A DNA stretch of 64,000 nucleotides from Isurus oxyrinchus. Lineage: Eukaryota. This document shows positions 37,466-50,515 of this stretch, piece after piece. The DNA is taken from NCBI GenBank assembly GCA_026770705.1, contig JANJGN010000028.1, positions 15,996,001-16,060,000 on the forward strand. The letters are read 5' to 3'. The notes under the pieces were generated by a model. That model was not told where the DNA came from. It saw only the letters and a list, made by a program, of their open reading frames with translations, and ran no database searches. Position 1 is the first letter of the stretch; the number at the start of each line of letters is the position of its first letter. The position numbers and the translations under genes are program-made.

Positions 37466-38698
37466 CTCTCTTTTTCTATGCAGACCCTCAGGATCGAGGA
37501 TGACCTGCTTCCACTCTGGTTGGATGGGTTGTGAGATGGCTGATAAGTTCAGAGTGCGATCTGAAGACTCTGCCACAAGCAGGGGCAGGTGGTGATTGGA
37601 GAAAGAGTACAGGAGTTGTCTGGAAGTTTGTGCACTCCCTCCGTTACCTCGACTTGGTCCCTGCATGTTCGCGATTAAGACTCTCGATGTGATCGATGCC
37701 TCGCCGAATAATTCCTCTCCATTATGGCAGGTCAGAGCCCAGGGACTCCCATGAGTTGGTGGGAGGTTTGATCTCTTCAGGGATGCTTTGAAGATGTTTA
37801 AAGCGTTTCCGCTGTTCTTCTGTCACGAGCCAGTTCATTGAGCAGTTACTTTGGGAGTCTAGTGTCAGGTATATGAACAACATGTCCCGCCCAGCGGGGC
37901 CGGTGTTAGCGCCTCAATGCTGGGTAAGTTGGCTTGGGAAAGGACACTGCTGTTGGACTCCCTTGCCACCAGATTTGGAGGATCTTGAGAAGGCAATGCT
38001 GGTTGTTCTTCTCCCATGCTTTGAGGTCTCTGCTGTAGGTTGTCCAAATCTTTGAAGTATATAGGAGCACAGGGTTCACTGCTGCCTAGTAAACCATGAT
38101 CTATTAGTCCTGGAAGCTTGTGATCCTGGTCCTCAAATACTCCTTTCCTCAGTCAGCTGAAGGCTGAGCTGGTCACGTTGGAAGTGATGGTGAATTTGTC
38201 ACCCTATGTCTGCCTTCGTCAAGAGGAGGCTCCCGATCTGGAAATTGGCCCACGTTTTCCAAGATATTGCTACTTATTGAATCAATGGGAGAAGGTGTTT
38301 TGCTGTGGGAGCTGGTTGGAAGAAGATCTTAGTTTCTGGGTGTTTAGTAAAAAAAACTTCCTCATTTGCTTTGGAGAAGGAGTTTGCAGTGACCTTGAGC
38401 TCAGTTTCTGAGCGAACACACACACCAGTGTACCTGCATACTGCAGTTCAATATCTGAGGTTGGAGTGACTTTGGTTTTGGATTGAAGGCAGCATAGGTT
38501 GAATTGTTTCTCCTCTGTTTTAAAGTTATTTCCATGCCTGTGGGTAGTTTGCTGGATGTGAGGTAGGTATTGCAGTGAGGAAGATGAAGAAGAGAGTTGG
38601 TGTAATGATACAGCCTTGTTTGTTTCCAGTCTTCACGGAGGTAGAGTCTGCGGTGGTTCAGTTGGTGAGGATCACAGCTTGCATGTCATTGTGGAGTA
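37466..38698 (-). mobile_element. RTE-clade LINE 3' fragment
   Basis: The minus strand gives decayed RTE RT motifs (KQGCIITPTLF, ELQYA, GSLL, CLLKIL, RWAGHVV). TSD ggcacaagt at 37457-37465 and 38699-38707. Confidence 0.8.
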
Positions 38699-39674
38699 GG
38701 CACAAGTTAAATATGATGGAATACTCTCCATTTGCCTGGATGAGTTTGGCTCCAAAAATGCTCAAGAGCCTCAACACCATTCAGGACAAAGCAGCTCACT
38801 TCATTGGCACTTCTTCCACCAGATTAAGCACTCACTCCCTCCACCACCAATACACAGTAGCAGCAGTGTGTACCATCAGCAAGATGCACTGCAGGAACTC
38901 ACCAAGGCTCATTTGACAGCACCTTCCAAACCCGCGACCCCTACCATCTAGAAGGACAAGGGCAGCCGATAGGTGGTAACGCCACCACTTGGAAGTTCTC
39001 CCCCAAGTCACTCACCATTCTGACTTGGAAATATATCGCCGTTCCTTCAGTGTCACTGGGTCAAAATCCTGGAATTCCCTAACAGCACTGTGGGTGCACC
39101 TACGCCACGGACTGCAACGGTTCAAGAAAACAGCTCACCACCACCTTCTGAAGGGCAATTAGGGATGGGCAATAAATGCTGGCCCGGCCAGCGAAGCCCA
39201 CATCCCGTGAATGGAAAAGAAGATCACATTGCATTGAGTTTATCTATATTGCAACAGTGACTACACTTCGAAAGAACTTAACATTGGCCACACAGTGCTT
39301 TGGGACACCCTGAGGTTGTGGACAATGTTCTATAAATAGCATGTTCTCTACTTTTTTTTCAGACTTTCTTTTGGCAAATGATAATGCAACTCCGAAGGAA
39401 CAATTTTACTAAGAGGGCTGACTGACAAATTGATAAATGAATCTAAACCACAGTTGGAGGCAAACGTTATTGTGTAACTGCAGTATATAGCACAAAACCA
39501 TACTGCAGCCTTTTATTTCAGATCAATGGTGACTCAAGTTCAGAAAATATTTGACCTCTCAACTTTGTCCTCCAAACCACTCCTGTGCACTTAAGCCAGG
39601 ATGCATCTGTTTTAATGCCGGGGCATGTAGCATTAGCACCACGCACGTGACGATTTCTGACAAGAGAAGAGAGT

Positions 39675-40630
39675 CTTACCATTTCCCTTTCACACTGGAT
39701 GGCATTACCATGGCTGAATCCCCCACCATCAACACCCTGGGAGGGGTCACCAGTGACCAGAAACTTAACTGGACCAGCCACATCTAATACTGTAGCTACA
39801 AAAGCAGGCCATAGTTGGCTATTCTGAAGCAAGGGATTGTAAGGACGTGAGGAATAGGAGCAGGAGTAGGCCATACCTGCTCCACCGTTCGATAAGACTG
39901 TGGCTGATCTGATACCAACCTCGACACCGCTTTCCTGCTTGTTCTCCATAATCCTTGACTCCCCTGTAGTTCAAAAGTCTCCCTCACTCAGCCTTGAATG
40001 TATTCACTCGCTCAGCCCCCGCAGCTCCCTGGGGTAGAGAATTCCAAATCTTCACAGCCTTCTCAGAGATGAAATTTCTCCTCATCTCCATCTTAAGAGA
40101 CACCTCCTGACTCCCCAAAGCTTGTCCACCATCTACAGTGTACAAGTCAGGAGTGTGATAGAATACTCCCCAACAATACTCAAGAAGCTCGACCACATCT
40201 AGGTCAAAGCAGCCAGCTTGATTGACACTCCATTCATCATGTTATACATTCACCACTGATGCACAGTGGCAGCAGTGTGTACCATAGACAAGGTGCAACT
40301 CACCAAGGCTCCTTCGGCAGCACCTTCCAAACCCATGACCTCTACCACCTAGAAGAACAAAGGCAGCAGATGCAGGGGAACACCACCACCTGCAAGTTCC
40401 CCTCCAAGCCACTGATGATCCTGACTTGGAAATATATCACCGTTCCTTCACTGTCACTGGGTCAAAATCCTGGAACTACCCTCCCAACCTAGCAGCACTG
40501 TCGGTGTACCCACACCACATGGACTGCTGCGGTTAAAGAAGGTGGCTTACCACAACCTTCTGGCGGGTAATTAGGGATGGGCAATAAATGCTGGCCTAGC
40601 CAGCGATGCTCACGTCCTGTCAATGAATAT
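39675..40630 (+). mobile_element. same LINE family, 3' part, split by a CR1
   Basis: ggcattaccatggctgaatcccccaccatcaac...ttagggatgggcaataaatgctggcc. Confidence 0.8.
39845..40098 (-). mobile_element. CR1 LINE 3' end nested in another LINE
   Basis: EMRRNFISEKAVKIWNSLPQ on the minus strand. Confidence 0.8.
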
Positions 40631-42399
40631 TGTTGCACTTCGCATGTCCTTTAAGTATCAAAGTACTGTCTCTCAGTCAGATGGTTGTGGGTTCAAACAT
40701 TATGAACATAATCTTCATTTCAGAACTGAGGGACTGCTGCATTGTCTGTAGAGCCTTCTTTCAGATGTTAAACTGAAACCTTGTCTATCTGCTCTGTTGA
40801 GAGAAAAATAACATCGGATCCATGTTTGGGCCTTAAATTCCGCAGGTTGGGAATGAGAGGCCGGGATTTTCTGGCCCCATTGTGGCGGGACTGCCGTGGG
40901 AGATTCGATGGCCCAGCCGGATGAGCCCAGCGGTGGACAGGGCCGGAAAATCCTGCCCAGAGTCGGATTGCCACTCCACTCCTGGTTTCTTACCTGGAAC
41001 TCCAGCCGCTCCTTTCTCACCCGGCCTCCTGACTCAGGCCGGGCGAGAACTGTGTCGTGCAGTGCGCTCCTGAGGCCTTCAGTCGAGGGCTGGAAGGTAA
41101 GGAATCCACGTCCCCTTGTTTTTACGGCACTAGCTGCTGTAAAGTTCGATGGCAGGGAGAAGGTAAGTTTGTAAGGTGAGTGAGTAGGATTGGTGGTGGG
41201 GAAGGGTCAGTTGGTCGGGGGTGGAGGTCAGGCAGTCATTTGTGGGACAGGCTGGTTGGTCATTGGGAAGTTGAGTGGTTGGATGGTGTTGGTTGGGTGG
41301 GAGGGGAGTTGGGTGGTGGGGTTGTTGGTCAGTCAGTGGGGGAGGGGGGGCTTTGCTGGCAGGGTGGGTGGGTCAGTTGGGGGAGGTGCGGGAAGACTGT
41401 TGGCCAGTGGGGGGGGGTTGGGTCTCGGGTGGTCATCCACGAGGTCGGGTGGTGGGGGTAGTGAGTTTGTCGGAGGTAGTTGGTCAGGGGGGCATCAGTT
41501 GGGAGGTTGTCCATTGGCCAGTGGGGAGGGCTTGAGTGAAGGCGGGGGTTGTGTTGGGCATGGGGTTTGGGTGGTTAGTGGTGAGGAGGAATCGGGTGGT
41601 TGGGGGGTTAGTCAGTGGGGCAGGTCAGGTGGTCAAGGAAGGTCCGGTGGGGAGTCGGGCAGGGAGAGGGGAGGGGTTGGTGGGATGGGGTGAGTCCCTT
41701 GGGGAGTCGGGGGGTGTTATTACAATAGTTACCCGGGAGTTAGAAATGGTTTTAATTATTTTAACTTTCCCTGGGTAACAATTTCTGTAAGGCAGTTGGA
41801 ATCAATCTGAAATTTGTGATCGTACTTTCGGATGGATCCAATTGCAGGACAATCACCCAATGGAAGTTTGAGATTCCTGGGCAATTGCTGGGCAATCCCT
41901 ACCTGGGGGGGAGGGGGTTCCCCTGGCGTACCTTTGGGGTACCCCCCCAGTTAGGATGCCCAGAAGCTCAATAACATTTATAGCCTCAGAGCATCCCAAA
42001 ACATCCCCCAGTTCTTGAATTACTTACTGACGTGTAGTGACTGTCGTTACATAGCTGGTTCTAAAAGATCCCAGCCACGATTTGATGATAAAAAGGTGTG
42101 GGGGTGGGGGGGGGGGGGTGAGTTCCCTCTTTCTGGGTTAACATTCTTTTCTCAAACTTCTCCGCCACCCAAGTAGCTGGCCATTCCGTCATCTGATAGT
42201 TTGGGATCTTGCTGTGCATGATTTGCCACTGCGCTTCACCTGCGTAATTACAGCGGCTGCACTTTCTGAAGGGCCTTCGTGGGGACCTGAAGATGTGATA
42301 AGATGTGACATATTATGTGTGAGGTCCACCATCGCCTTCTCAAGGGCAACTAAGGATTGGCGATGAATGCTGGCTTCACCAGCAACGCTCATATTCCAA

Positions 42400-42501
42400 G
42401 GCCGGGATTTTCCGGGGGATGCAGCAGACCGGCCAAATGTCCATTGACTTTCGGCAGGACCGGGAGATCCCGGTGGCAGGCGGGGTTGGAAAATGCCGGC
42501 C
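42400..42501. mobile_element. ~100-bp MITE
   Basis: TIR ggccgggattttcc / ggaaaatgccggcc, with internal gtccattgacttt. Relatives lie at 40859-40958, ~54447-54570 and ~35370-35503. Confidence 0.78.
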
Positions 42502-42864
42502 TGAGAATGAATTTCAAAATAAAAATCATTACCCCACCTACTCCCATCGGTATATGTGGTTTACCCTCGCATTTAATCCGAAGCCGGTTCACTCCATTGA
42601 TTTGGGATCATTTGTTCGTATGGAGGGAAATTACTTTTGAATAGGGTGCAACTCAATATTGTTTTGCAAGCCACATTTAGAGGCTAATTAAGATACTTAA
42701 AGACCTGCCCGTACAATCTTAAGGCTGGTGGACAGGCCAGGAGCCCCAGCGGGCTTCTGATAATACATGAAACCTCTTCCACCAGTGGGATGAAGTTTCA
42801 TGTCTGTTCTTAAAAAGTCTAATAAAGTTTATGTCATTTTTATTAACATGTCCCATCTCGTGTG

Positions 42865-43490
42865 GTGAGCTGCCTACTTAAACTGCTGCAGTCCATGTGA
42901 TGTAGGTACACCCACAGTGCTGTTAGGGAGGGAGTTCCAGGATTTTGATCCAGTGACAGTGAAGGAACGGTAATATATTTCCAAGTGGCTTGGAGGGGAA
43001 CTTCCAAGTGGTGGTGTTCCCATGTATCTGTTGCCCTTGTCCTTCTAGATAGTAGTGGCTATGGGTTTGGAAGGTGCTGCCTAAGGGGCTTTGGTGGGTT
43101 CCTGTTGTGCATCTAGTAGATGGTACACACTGCGGCCGCCGTGCATTGGTGTTGGAGGGAGTGAGTAATTATGGATGGGGTGCCAATCAAGTGGGCTGCT
43201 TTGTCCTGGTTGCTGTCAAGCTTCTTGAGTGTTGTCGGAGCTGCACTCATCCAGGCAAGTGGGGAGTGTTCCATCACACTCCTGACTTGTACCTTGTAGA
43301 TGGTGGACAGGCTTTGGGGACACAGGATGTGATTTATGCGCCACAGGATTCTTAGCCTCTGACCTGCTCTTGTAACCACAGTATTTATATGGCTAGTCCC
43401 ATTCAGTTTCTGGTCAATAGTAACCCCCACGATGTTGATAATGGGAGATTCAATGATGGTAATGCCATGGAATGTCAAGGGTGATAGTTA
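42865..43490 (-). mobile_element. same LINE family, 3' part
   Basis: ORF 43113-43478: ...INIVGVTIDQKLN...IYKVQVRSVMEHSPLAWMSAAPTTLKKLDSNQDKAAHLIG. Confidence 0.85.
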
Positions 43491-43874
43491 GAATTGGAAG
43501 ATCCTGTAGGAGCCACTCTGGATAGTTCATTCAACAGATGTGCTGCTGCTGTCCTGGGATCCATCATCCACTTTGATACTTGTTCCGTACATTGGCATCC
43601 CTGAATCCCTTCAAATTTACTGAGCATGTTTATTGTTACAGAAAAACTGCACTAAATAATTTTATAGGGCTGCTATTTTCATGGAGCAGTTTAGCTTTGC
43701 TGATTTTATGGATAATAAAAATCCTGCAATTTTGATTCTCCAATGTATAGGTGGCTATTTGTGCTATGTTACTGAATGCAAAATCGTATATTTTTTTTTA
43801 AAACATGCACAATATTTCATTCAATTTTACAGAGGAGAGCACTGAAGCAAAGCCCATAAAGGCAAAACAAGAAA

Positions 43875-44260
43875 AAAAGATTTGTGTTTATATAACTCTG
43901 GTTTTTATGACCTCAGGGGATCCCAATGTGCTTTAAAGTCAATGAAGCATTTTTGAAGTTTAGTCACTGCCGTAATGTAGGAAATGCAGCCCTCAATTTA
44001 CACACAGCAAGCTCCCACAAACATCTAATGTGATAACGACCAGTTCAGCAGTTCTTGTGATGTTGATTGAGGGATAAATATTGGCCAGGACACCAGAGAA
44101 AACTCTCCCGCTCTTCTTCGATTTGGTGCCATGGGATCTTTTATGCTCCGCTGTCACCCCTGATAAACCGAGATCCTACCAGCCCTAAGTTGAATTCAAA
44201 AGGTGGCACTTCCAATTGTGTAGCACTCCTTCAGTACTGCCCAGAGTTGCAGCCCAGCTT
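43875..44260 (-). repeat. DeuSINE
   Basis: Same motifs as 2986-3610. It abuts an oppositely oriented partial copy (44262-44785) that hosts the PLE mini-element. Confidence 0.78.
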
Positions 44261-44446
44261 TTGTCCTGGTCAGTATTTATCCCTTAACAACATTACAAAA
44301 AACAGATTATATGGCCACTGTCTCATCGGTGATTGTGAGACGTTGCTATGTCCAAATTAGCCACCACTTTTCATTTTCTACATTACAACAGCCATTGCAC
44401 TTCAGAAGCACTTTGGCTGCAAAGCTCTTTTTCTTTGGGATACCCT

Positions 44447-44736
44447 GCTGAAAAGAAAGACATGTTGAAGCTTTTCATCATGCACTCATCAGGACAAATG
44501 CAAGAATGCCAAATTTCAAACAATCACAACAATTTCTACCGCAGTTTGAAATCTGGCATTCGTGCATTTGTCCTGATGGGTGCAAGATGAAAAGTTCATC
44601 AGGACAAATGCAAGAAAACCAAATTTCAAACCATCACAACAATATATACCACAAATGAAATTTCTTGCATTTGTCCTGATGAGTGCAAAACTAAAAGTTT
44701 TGACAACATGTCTCTCTTTTCAGCAATATTTAAGTT
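44447..44736. mobile_element. double fold-back PLE mini-element with four hammerhead-like modules
   Basis: Termini are inverted (gctgaaaagaaagacatgttg / caacatgtctctcttttcagc). Modules of type ttgtcCTGATGAgtgcaagayGAAAagctTCgacaa occur in -,+,-,+ order, the third truncated. A degenerate TSD, tttgggataccct / tttaggatatctt, lies inside a DeuSINE tail. Confidence 0.78.
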
Positions 44737-46695
44737 TTTAGGATATCTTGAGCTCATGAAAGGTGCTATAGAAATGAAAAACTTTTCTCTTGGTCTTGTC
44801 TGAAGTTTTCTAGCTTGATCAGATGGTTATCTACTGTCAGTTCTGATCTTTTATATTTAGCAAGTTCTCTGCATTCTGGAATTGAAGGAGGGGATTATGT
44901 GGTCCCAATATCAAGTAGGGGAAAAATGTATTCCTTCCTAATGATAGGTCGCTCGTATTGAGGCTTCAGTACGCCTGTATTACTTTGCCTGGCGCAGCAC
45001 AATGGATTGTTTAATTCAACATGCAATTATATCTACAATGCTGTTAAGCTTCTAATTTAAATCTTTGTTTAGCTGCGCAGTATAAATACACTTTGATTCC
45101 TGGGATGAATTTGTAAATTTACTTCTGACTCCCAACGGTTCGAAATGATTTGCTATCAAATTAATCTTTCCCTTCCATCTCGAAATTCGGAAAGATACCA
45201 CCACTCAGAGTTGCTACTCCGTGGCGTGGCATTTAAACCACGCAGGGAAAATTCGGGAACATTGCACACTTGTAGGAAAATTGGTGTGCCACATAGCTGG
45301 GGGGAGCAATGTGCCTATCACCCAGTCCTCAGGGCCGACCAGAGATTCAGACTACGTACACAATGAGCTAAATCCATTATCTCCCCAGACATCTGGATTC
45401 AAACCAGATGTTTAGCTTTGTGTTAGATTAAGTGTTTCTTATGAGCCGAGAGCTATCTGAGCACCTCGGTCTGGATGAAATCCATAAGCTGGGCTTTGCC
45501 GTTAAATCTTGTTTGACTCTATTCAGCCTGCTAGTAAACTAGGAAGTCCCCCTTTGCTGTGCAGATATACCTCATCTGTATTTCAAACTCAACGTTCAAT
45601 GAAAAAAGTTAAGCATTGGGAATAACTTTATCTTCTCATGCATGTGGAGGGTGACATCAAAAGGGTGCAAACGTGGGCGGACAGTTTTAGTGCTTTTGCA
45701 AACGTATTGCCCTGTTTGGGGAAAGAAGCACGTTAAACACCGGCGTATTCAGCTTCCTTTCTTCAATTCCCAATGTGGATTATGTCAAAAAGCCTGATTG
45801 GTGTAGCGAGGTGGGCTGTTCCGCACTGGGAAATGGTACGAAATGCTTCGAGAGAGGGGTTTGCACCTTTACAAAGTTGTTGGGAGGAAAAAAAGTAATT
45901 TTTAAATTCTCAGATATAAAAAGGACGCAATTGCCATGTTATTGGCAAAAAACCGAAATAATAATTTAATTGAAATGGTTCTTAAAATTAAATTTGCATA
46001 ATTTAGGTCTATTTACAGATTGCTTCCATCTCCCTATAGCAGGCACCAAGGCTTGTCTCCCTCTCCTGTTTCGAGCCAGAACTTGTGCTTTGAATGTTTG
46101 CATTCGCTGCACCAAGTTGTTGCCTGTTCCAATCCAGTTTGCGCCAGCGGCACGAACTTGGCTGCGGGTTCCTACCGAATCTGAGGTCATGCATCACCTT
46201 CAATAGCAGATGACCCTAGCCTAACTGAGACTGTATTGGCCACACTAAATGACTATCTGTTCTGACTACGCATTCCTTCAAGAGCTGCCAGCTCATTATA
46301 CCGAGCAGAGTCGAGGCGGATGTGATCAGGCTGATGGACGCAAACTCAAGAGTGCAGACCTGCCAACTACAACTTTAGTGACATCAAGTTTCTGACAAAA
46401 CTGACGATTAGAAGAGAGAATTGTTCTTTATTCACCCCCCGCCCCACCGAACATACAACAACTGCAACACTAGCTTGCATTTATATAGCACCCTTCATGC
46501 GTCTTAAAGCACTTCACAGGCGTGCTATCAAACAAAATTTCACACCCAGCCACATAAGGAGATAGGCAGATGACCAAAAGCTTGGTCAAAGAGGAGGTTT
46601 TAAGAAGAGTCTTATAGGAGGTAGAAGAGTAGAGAGGTGAAGAGGTTTAGGGTCCAGGCAGCTGAAGGCATTTCCACCAATGATGGAACAATTAA

Positions 46696-46790
46696 AACAG
46701 AAAATGCTGGAAAAACTCAGCAGGTCTGGCAACATCTGTGGAGAGAGAAACAGAGTTAACATTTCGAGTCCGTAAGACTCTTCAGAGCTG
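46696..46790 (-). mobile_element. Neptune-type PLE terminal fragment
   Basis: Reverse complement reads ctCTGAAGAgtcttacggactcGAAAtgttaactctg...gccagacctgctgagtttttccagc. TSD gatggaacaattaa / gatggaagaattaa at 46682-46695 / 46791-46804. Confidence 0.78.
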
Positions 46791-47074
46791 GATGGAAGAA
46801 TTAATATTGGTGATGTGTCAAAGGCTAGAATTGGAGAAGGGCAGACATCTTGGATGTAAATGATGGGTATTTCACACATAGTAGCTTACAAATTATTTTT
46901 GTTATCTTTGGTTAAGTGCTGAAGTAGAGACTTAAAGACTTGCATTTATATAGTGCCTTTTGCAGCCTCCCAAAGCACTTTACAGACATTGGAGTACTGT
47001 TGACGTCTAGTCACTGTAATGTAGGAAATGCAGCAGCTAATTTGCACACAGCAAGCTCCCACAAACAATGTGTT

Positions 47075-47585
47075 CACAGTATCACAGTATAGAAGGAGGC
47101 CATTCGGCCCATCAAGTCTGCACTGGCTCTCTGAAAGAGCATTCCAACAATCCCACTCCCCCATCTTATCTCTGTAACCTTGCACATTCTCTCTTTTCAG
47201 GTAGCAATCCAATTCTATTTTGAATACCTCAATTGAACCTGCCTTCACCACCCCTCTCAGGAAATTTGTCACAGACTCCAACCACCCTCTGGGAGAGAAA
47301 AAATTTCCTCACACCACATTTACTCTTTTCGCCAATATTTTGAATCTGTGCCCTCTAGTTCCTGATGTTCTCTTGAGTGGGAAGGATTTCTCACTATTTA
47401 CCCTGTCCATATGCCTCAGGATCTTGAAAACCGCCATCAAGTCTCCTCTCAGTCTTTTTATCCAAGGAAAACAGCCCAACCTCTCCAATCTATCCTCATG
47501 GCTACAGTACTTCATCCCAGGAATCATTCTTATGACTCTCCTCTGTACCCTCTCCAAAGCCTTCACACCCTTTCTCAGGTATGGA
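47075..47585 (-). mobile_element. CR1 LINE 3' end nested in a DeuSINE
   Basis: ALERVQRRVIRMIPGM...RLRGDLMAVFKIL...TRGHRFKIL. Confidence 0.88.
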
Positions 47586-50515
47586 TAACCAGCATGGTAA
47601 CAGACAATCTGTTTTCTTTAGTGCTATTGGTTGAAGATTAAGTACTGGCCGGGACACTGGGGAGACCTCCCCTGCTCTTCTTCAAATAGCGTCATGGGTC
47701 GTTTATTGGCCACTTTACAGGGCAGAGAGAGCCTTTGTTTAACATCTCATCCATCGCCATTCTTTGCAACTGTTCGATTTTCTGAAAAAGCCGGCAAAGG
47801 CAAGACTCATTCTTTTAAGATTAGACATGTCTGGGCTTTGTAATTATTTTCCTTTTTCAGAGAAATTAGATTAAGGTTGTTATCTCAGGTGTTGCTTCTT
47901 CTTGTCTTATCTAATTTACACTGCATCAATTTCACTAACTGGAGAACGCGCTTGATGCTAATCGCAGTGTAGCTCCATGGAATGACTCACTTCTTGACAC
48001 ATGAATTGTTGCATATTTTAAACCCAAATCTGTGCCAGAGTTTATGTGCAGCAATTATCCTCTTACTTACTCTTCCAGGCAAAGTGAAACTTGTTAACTT
48101 GGCCCTGTTGGTGGTACTCGCCTTTTTTTTTTTGAAGTCTGAAGGTTGGTGGCGAACCCCACTCCCAGACTTGTTAATCTAAATTGACACCGATGCAGGG
48201 TGAAGGGAGTGCTGCAATGCACACCATGATTTCCCTGAGGGAATAAACTCCGTGTCTGCTCAGGGGTGTTCAAAGGATCCCAGGGAATTATTTGAGGAAT
48301 GGCAGGGAAGTTATCTTGGGTAACATTCCCCCTACATCCAAGAACATCAGCCAAAACCTTATTACCTGATTTGCTGATTGTGGAACCTTGCTGTGTTCAG
48401 AATGGTTGCCGCACCTATACCTACATACCAATAGTGACTGCATTTCAACAGGAGCCCCGTGGCTACAGAGTGCTTTGGTGTGTGATAGGTACACAATAAA
48501 TGGAAGATCTTTCTTTATTGCAATCGAATTCCTTTTTTAAAATATTCATTCACAGTTTGTGGGTGTCGCTGACAAGGCCAGCATGTGAGCCCATGCTAAC
48601 TGCTCTTGAGAAGGTTGTGGTAGTGAGCTGCCTTCTGCAATCAATGTGATGAAGGAACTCCCATTGCATACAGTTACACACCTTAGATGACTGATTACTT
48701 GCCACTGGTGTTGCTACTTATTACCCACTCAAATTCTCTAAATGGATACAGTACCAAACAGTTTTATTTTCTCACCTCATGGACTGCATGTCTTTGGCTT
48801 TGCCCCTAATAAGGCTGAGAAACCAAATCGACATCTGTTACCAGACACCAAGAGTGGCATTTAATGTTGGTGACAGGAGTCTCACCCTCTGGCTGGAGAA
48901 CTGGCGAGAGCCCTAAGTCACCCCCACTGGCCTACACCCTCAGGAATTATGTGCAAATCAGGTACTTCTGGCTAGCACGGGCCTTCCCAAGGATTTAGGA
49001 CCCAGGAGGTAGCAATCCCACCCCCTGGCATCTGCCAGCCAGTCAGAGGTTGGCCGTTCTTCATTGCCCATCCATGCTACCAGGAGAAGTGGCAGCGGCC
49101 AATAGTGCAATCACCAGAGGCCTATAATCACCAAAGGAACTAGGCTACAGGTGAGTGAGGACAGGATGGGGATCAAAGGGAGGGGGGGTTACCGGCTGGA
49201 GGCGGGGATGGTTTGGAAGAAAGGGCGGGGGGGGGGCCAGTGTTGCTCACTGCACAACCCATCCACCCCCACCTGCCGCCGACCCCTTGTCCCTCATTCA
49301 GGCACTGAGTACCTTTGAATGAGGGACCCCTGAGGCGTTTGCTACTCAGGCTCCTGGTGAGGTGTCTCCACACCCGCCAATAGCAGTGGGATGAGGGCCT
49401 TATGTGGGCATTATTGCCCACTTAAGTCTTCAATTAGCATTCGGCAGGAAGGTTGTCCATGAGTCCTCTCGCCCAGACTTAACTGGGGAAGAGGCAGGAA
49501 AGTGGTGGGATCCCTGCCCGCCACCTTCTAGCCCGATTTAAGTACCCACTCCCACCCCGAGCCCTCTCCCCCTCTGAGCCCTTCCCCCCAACCATCATCA
49601 AATTCACCACTGGAGGGTGCACTAAATGCTGCACTGATATTCACACTGAATTAAGTTTGAAATACTTTTCATTCCTTTTGGAATGCAATACTAATAGTTT
49701 CTCTTTTCCTCATCTCAGAAGTATTTCCCAGGATCACTTGTCCTATATTTCTTAACGCCATCAGCCTGTGTAGGCGATGGTAGCTGCAACTCACCCGGGG
49801 AGCCTGAGTTGCTATGGCAACATGCACCTTTACATCGATGTAGTAGCTATGGACAGGGATGGCAGGGGTTTCAATGTTCTTATCATCACATGGCTGACCA
49901 GGAATCTCTCCCTCTCTCTTATCACCTACCATTGGCGTGTGCTGGATGGATTTCCAAGTGGAAACACAACCTGTTTGGCCACACCTTCCTTGGCCATTGG
50001 GTCCTGGAGTGGGACTTGAACCCAGAGCTTCTAGCTCAGAGGTAGGGTCACCACCCACTGTGCCACAGGACCCCCTCAATCTGTGTGGACGTCTACATAA
50101 TTATTCAGAATGGCCACTTTCAGATGACAGTGGGAGGTTTCCGGGTCGGTAGGATGGAGATGTTTTGCGTACTCACAACACGTTTTCAGTTTAATGCCGA
50201 GAATTGTAGAACATTGTGCCGTGTTGGAATTCAGCAAGTTGTTAATGATTTGCTTTGTTTAAATGCAAATGAATGAATGCGTGCGCACTCACTGAAATGG
50301 ATCCTATGGATCATTCTCTATTTATGTCCTCGGTCCTTTACTCAAGAGATTTCCACATAAAATGTCTGCAGCTCTCGATGGAAGAAGAAAGTATCCAGCT
50401 GACTTTGTTGTCGTTTTCCAAACAAATTCTTTTTTTTCCTGCTCCTCACTTGAGTATCCCACTAAAATGCTGTATACATCATCCCTCAGAATTACACATT
50501 ACGTAGAGTTACTTA

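Larger units (their letters stand above)
36985..39215 (+). mobile_element. CR1/L2-group LINE 3' part (tail gggcaattagggatgggcaataaatgctgg), split by CR1 and RTE insertions
   Basis: The pieces 36985-37060, 37413-37465 and 38699-39215 are colinear and encode MEYSPFAWMS...LNTIQDKAAHFIG...SLHHQ.TVAAVCTI.KMH. Confidence 0.8.

Noticed and set aside
43833-43870. Cytoplasmic-tail exon candidate (EESTEAKPIK)
   Set aside because: The acceptor is plausible, but there is no GT donor before a SINE starts and no recognisable homology.
44447-44736. CRISPR-like repeat-spacer array
   Set aside because: The units alternate in orientation, the intervening sequences are related to each other, the context is vertebrate and there are no cas genes.
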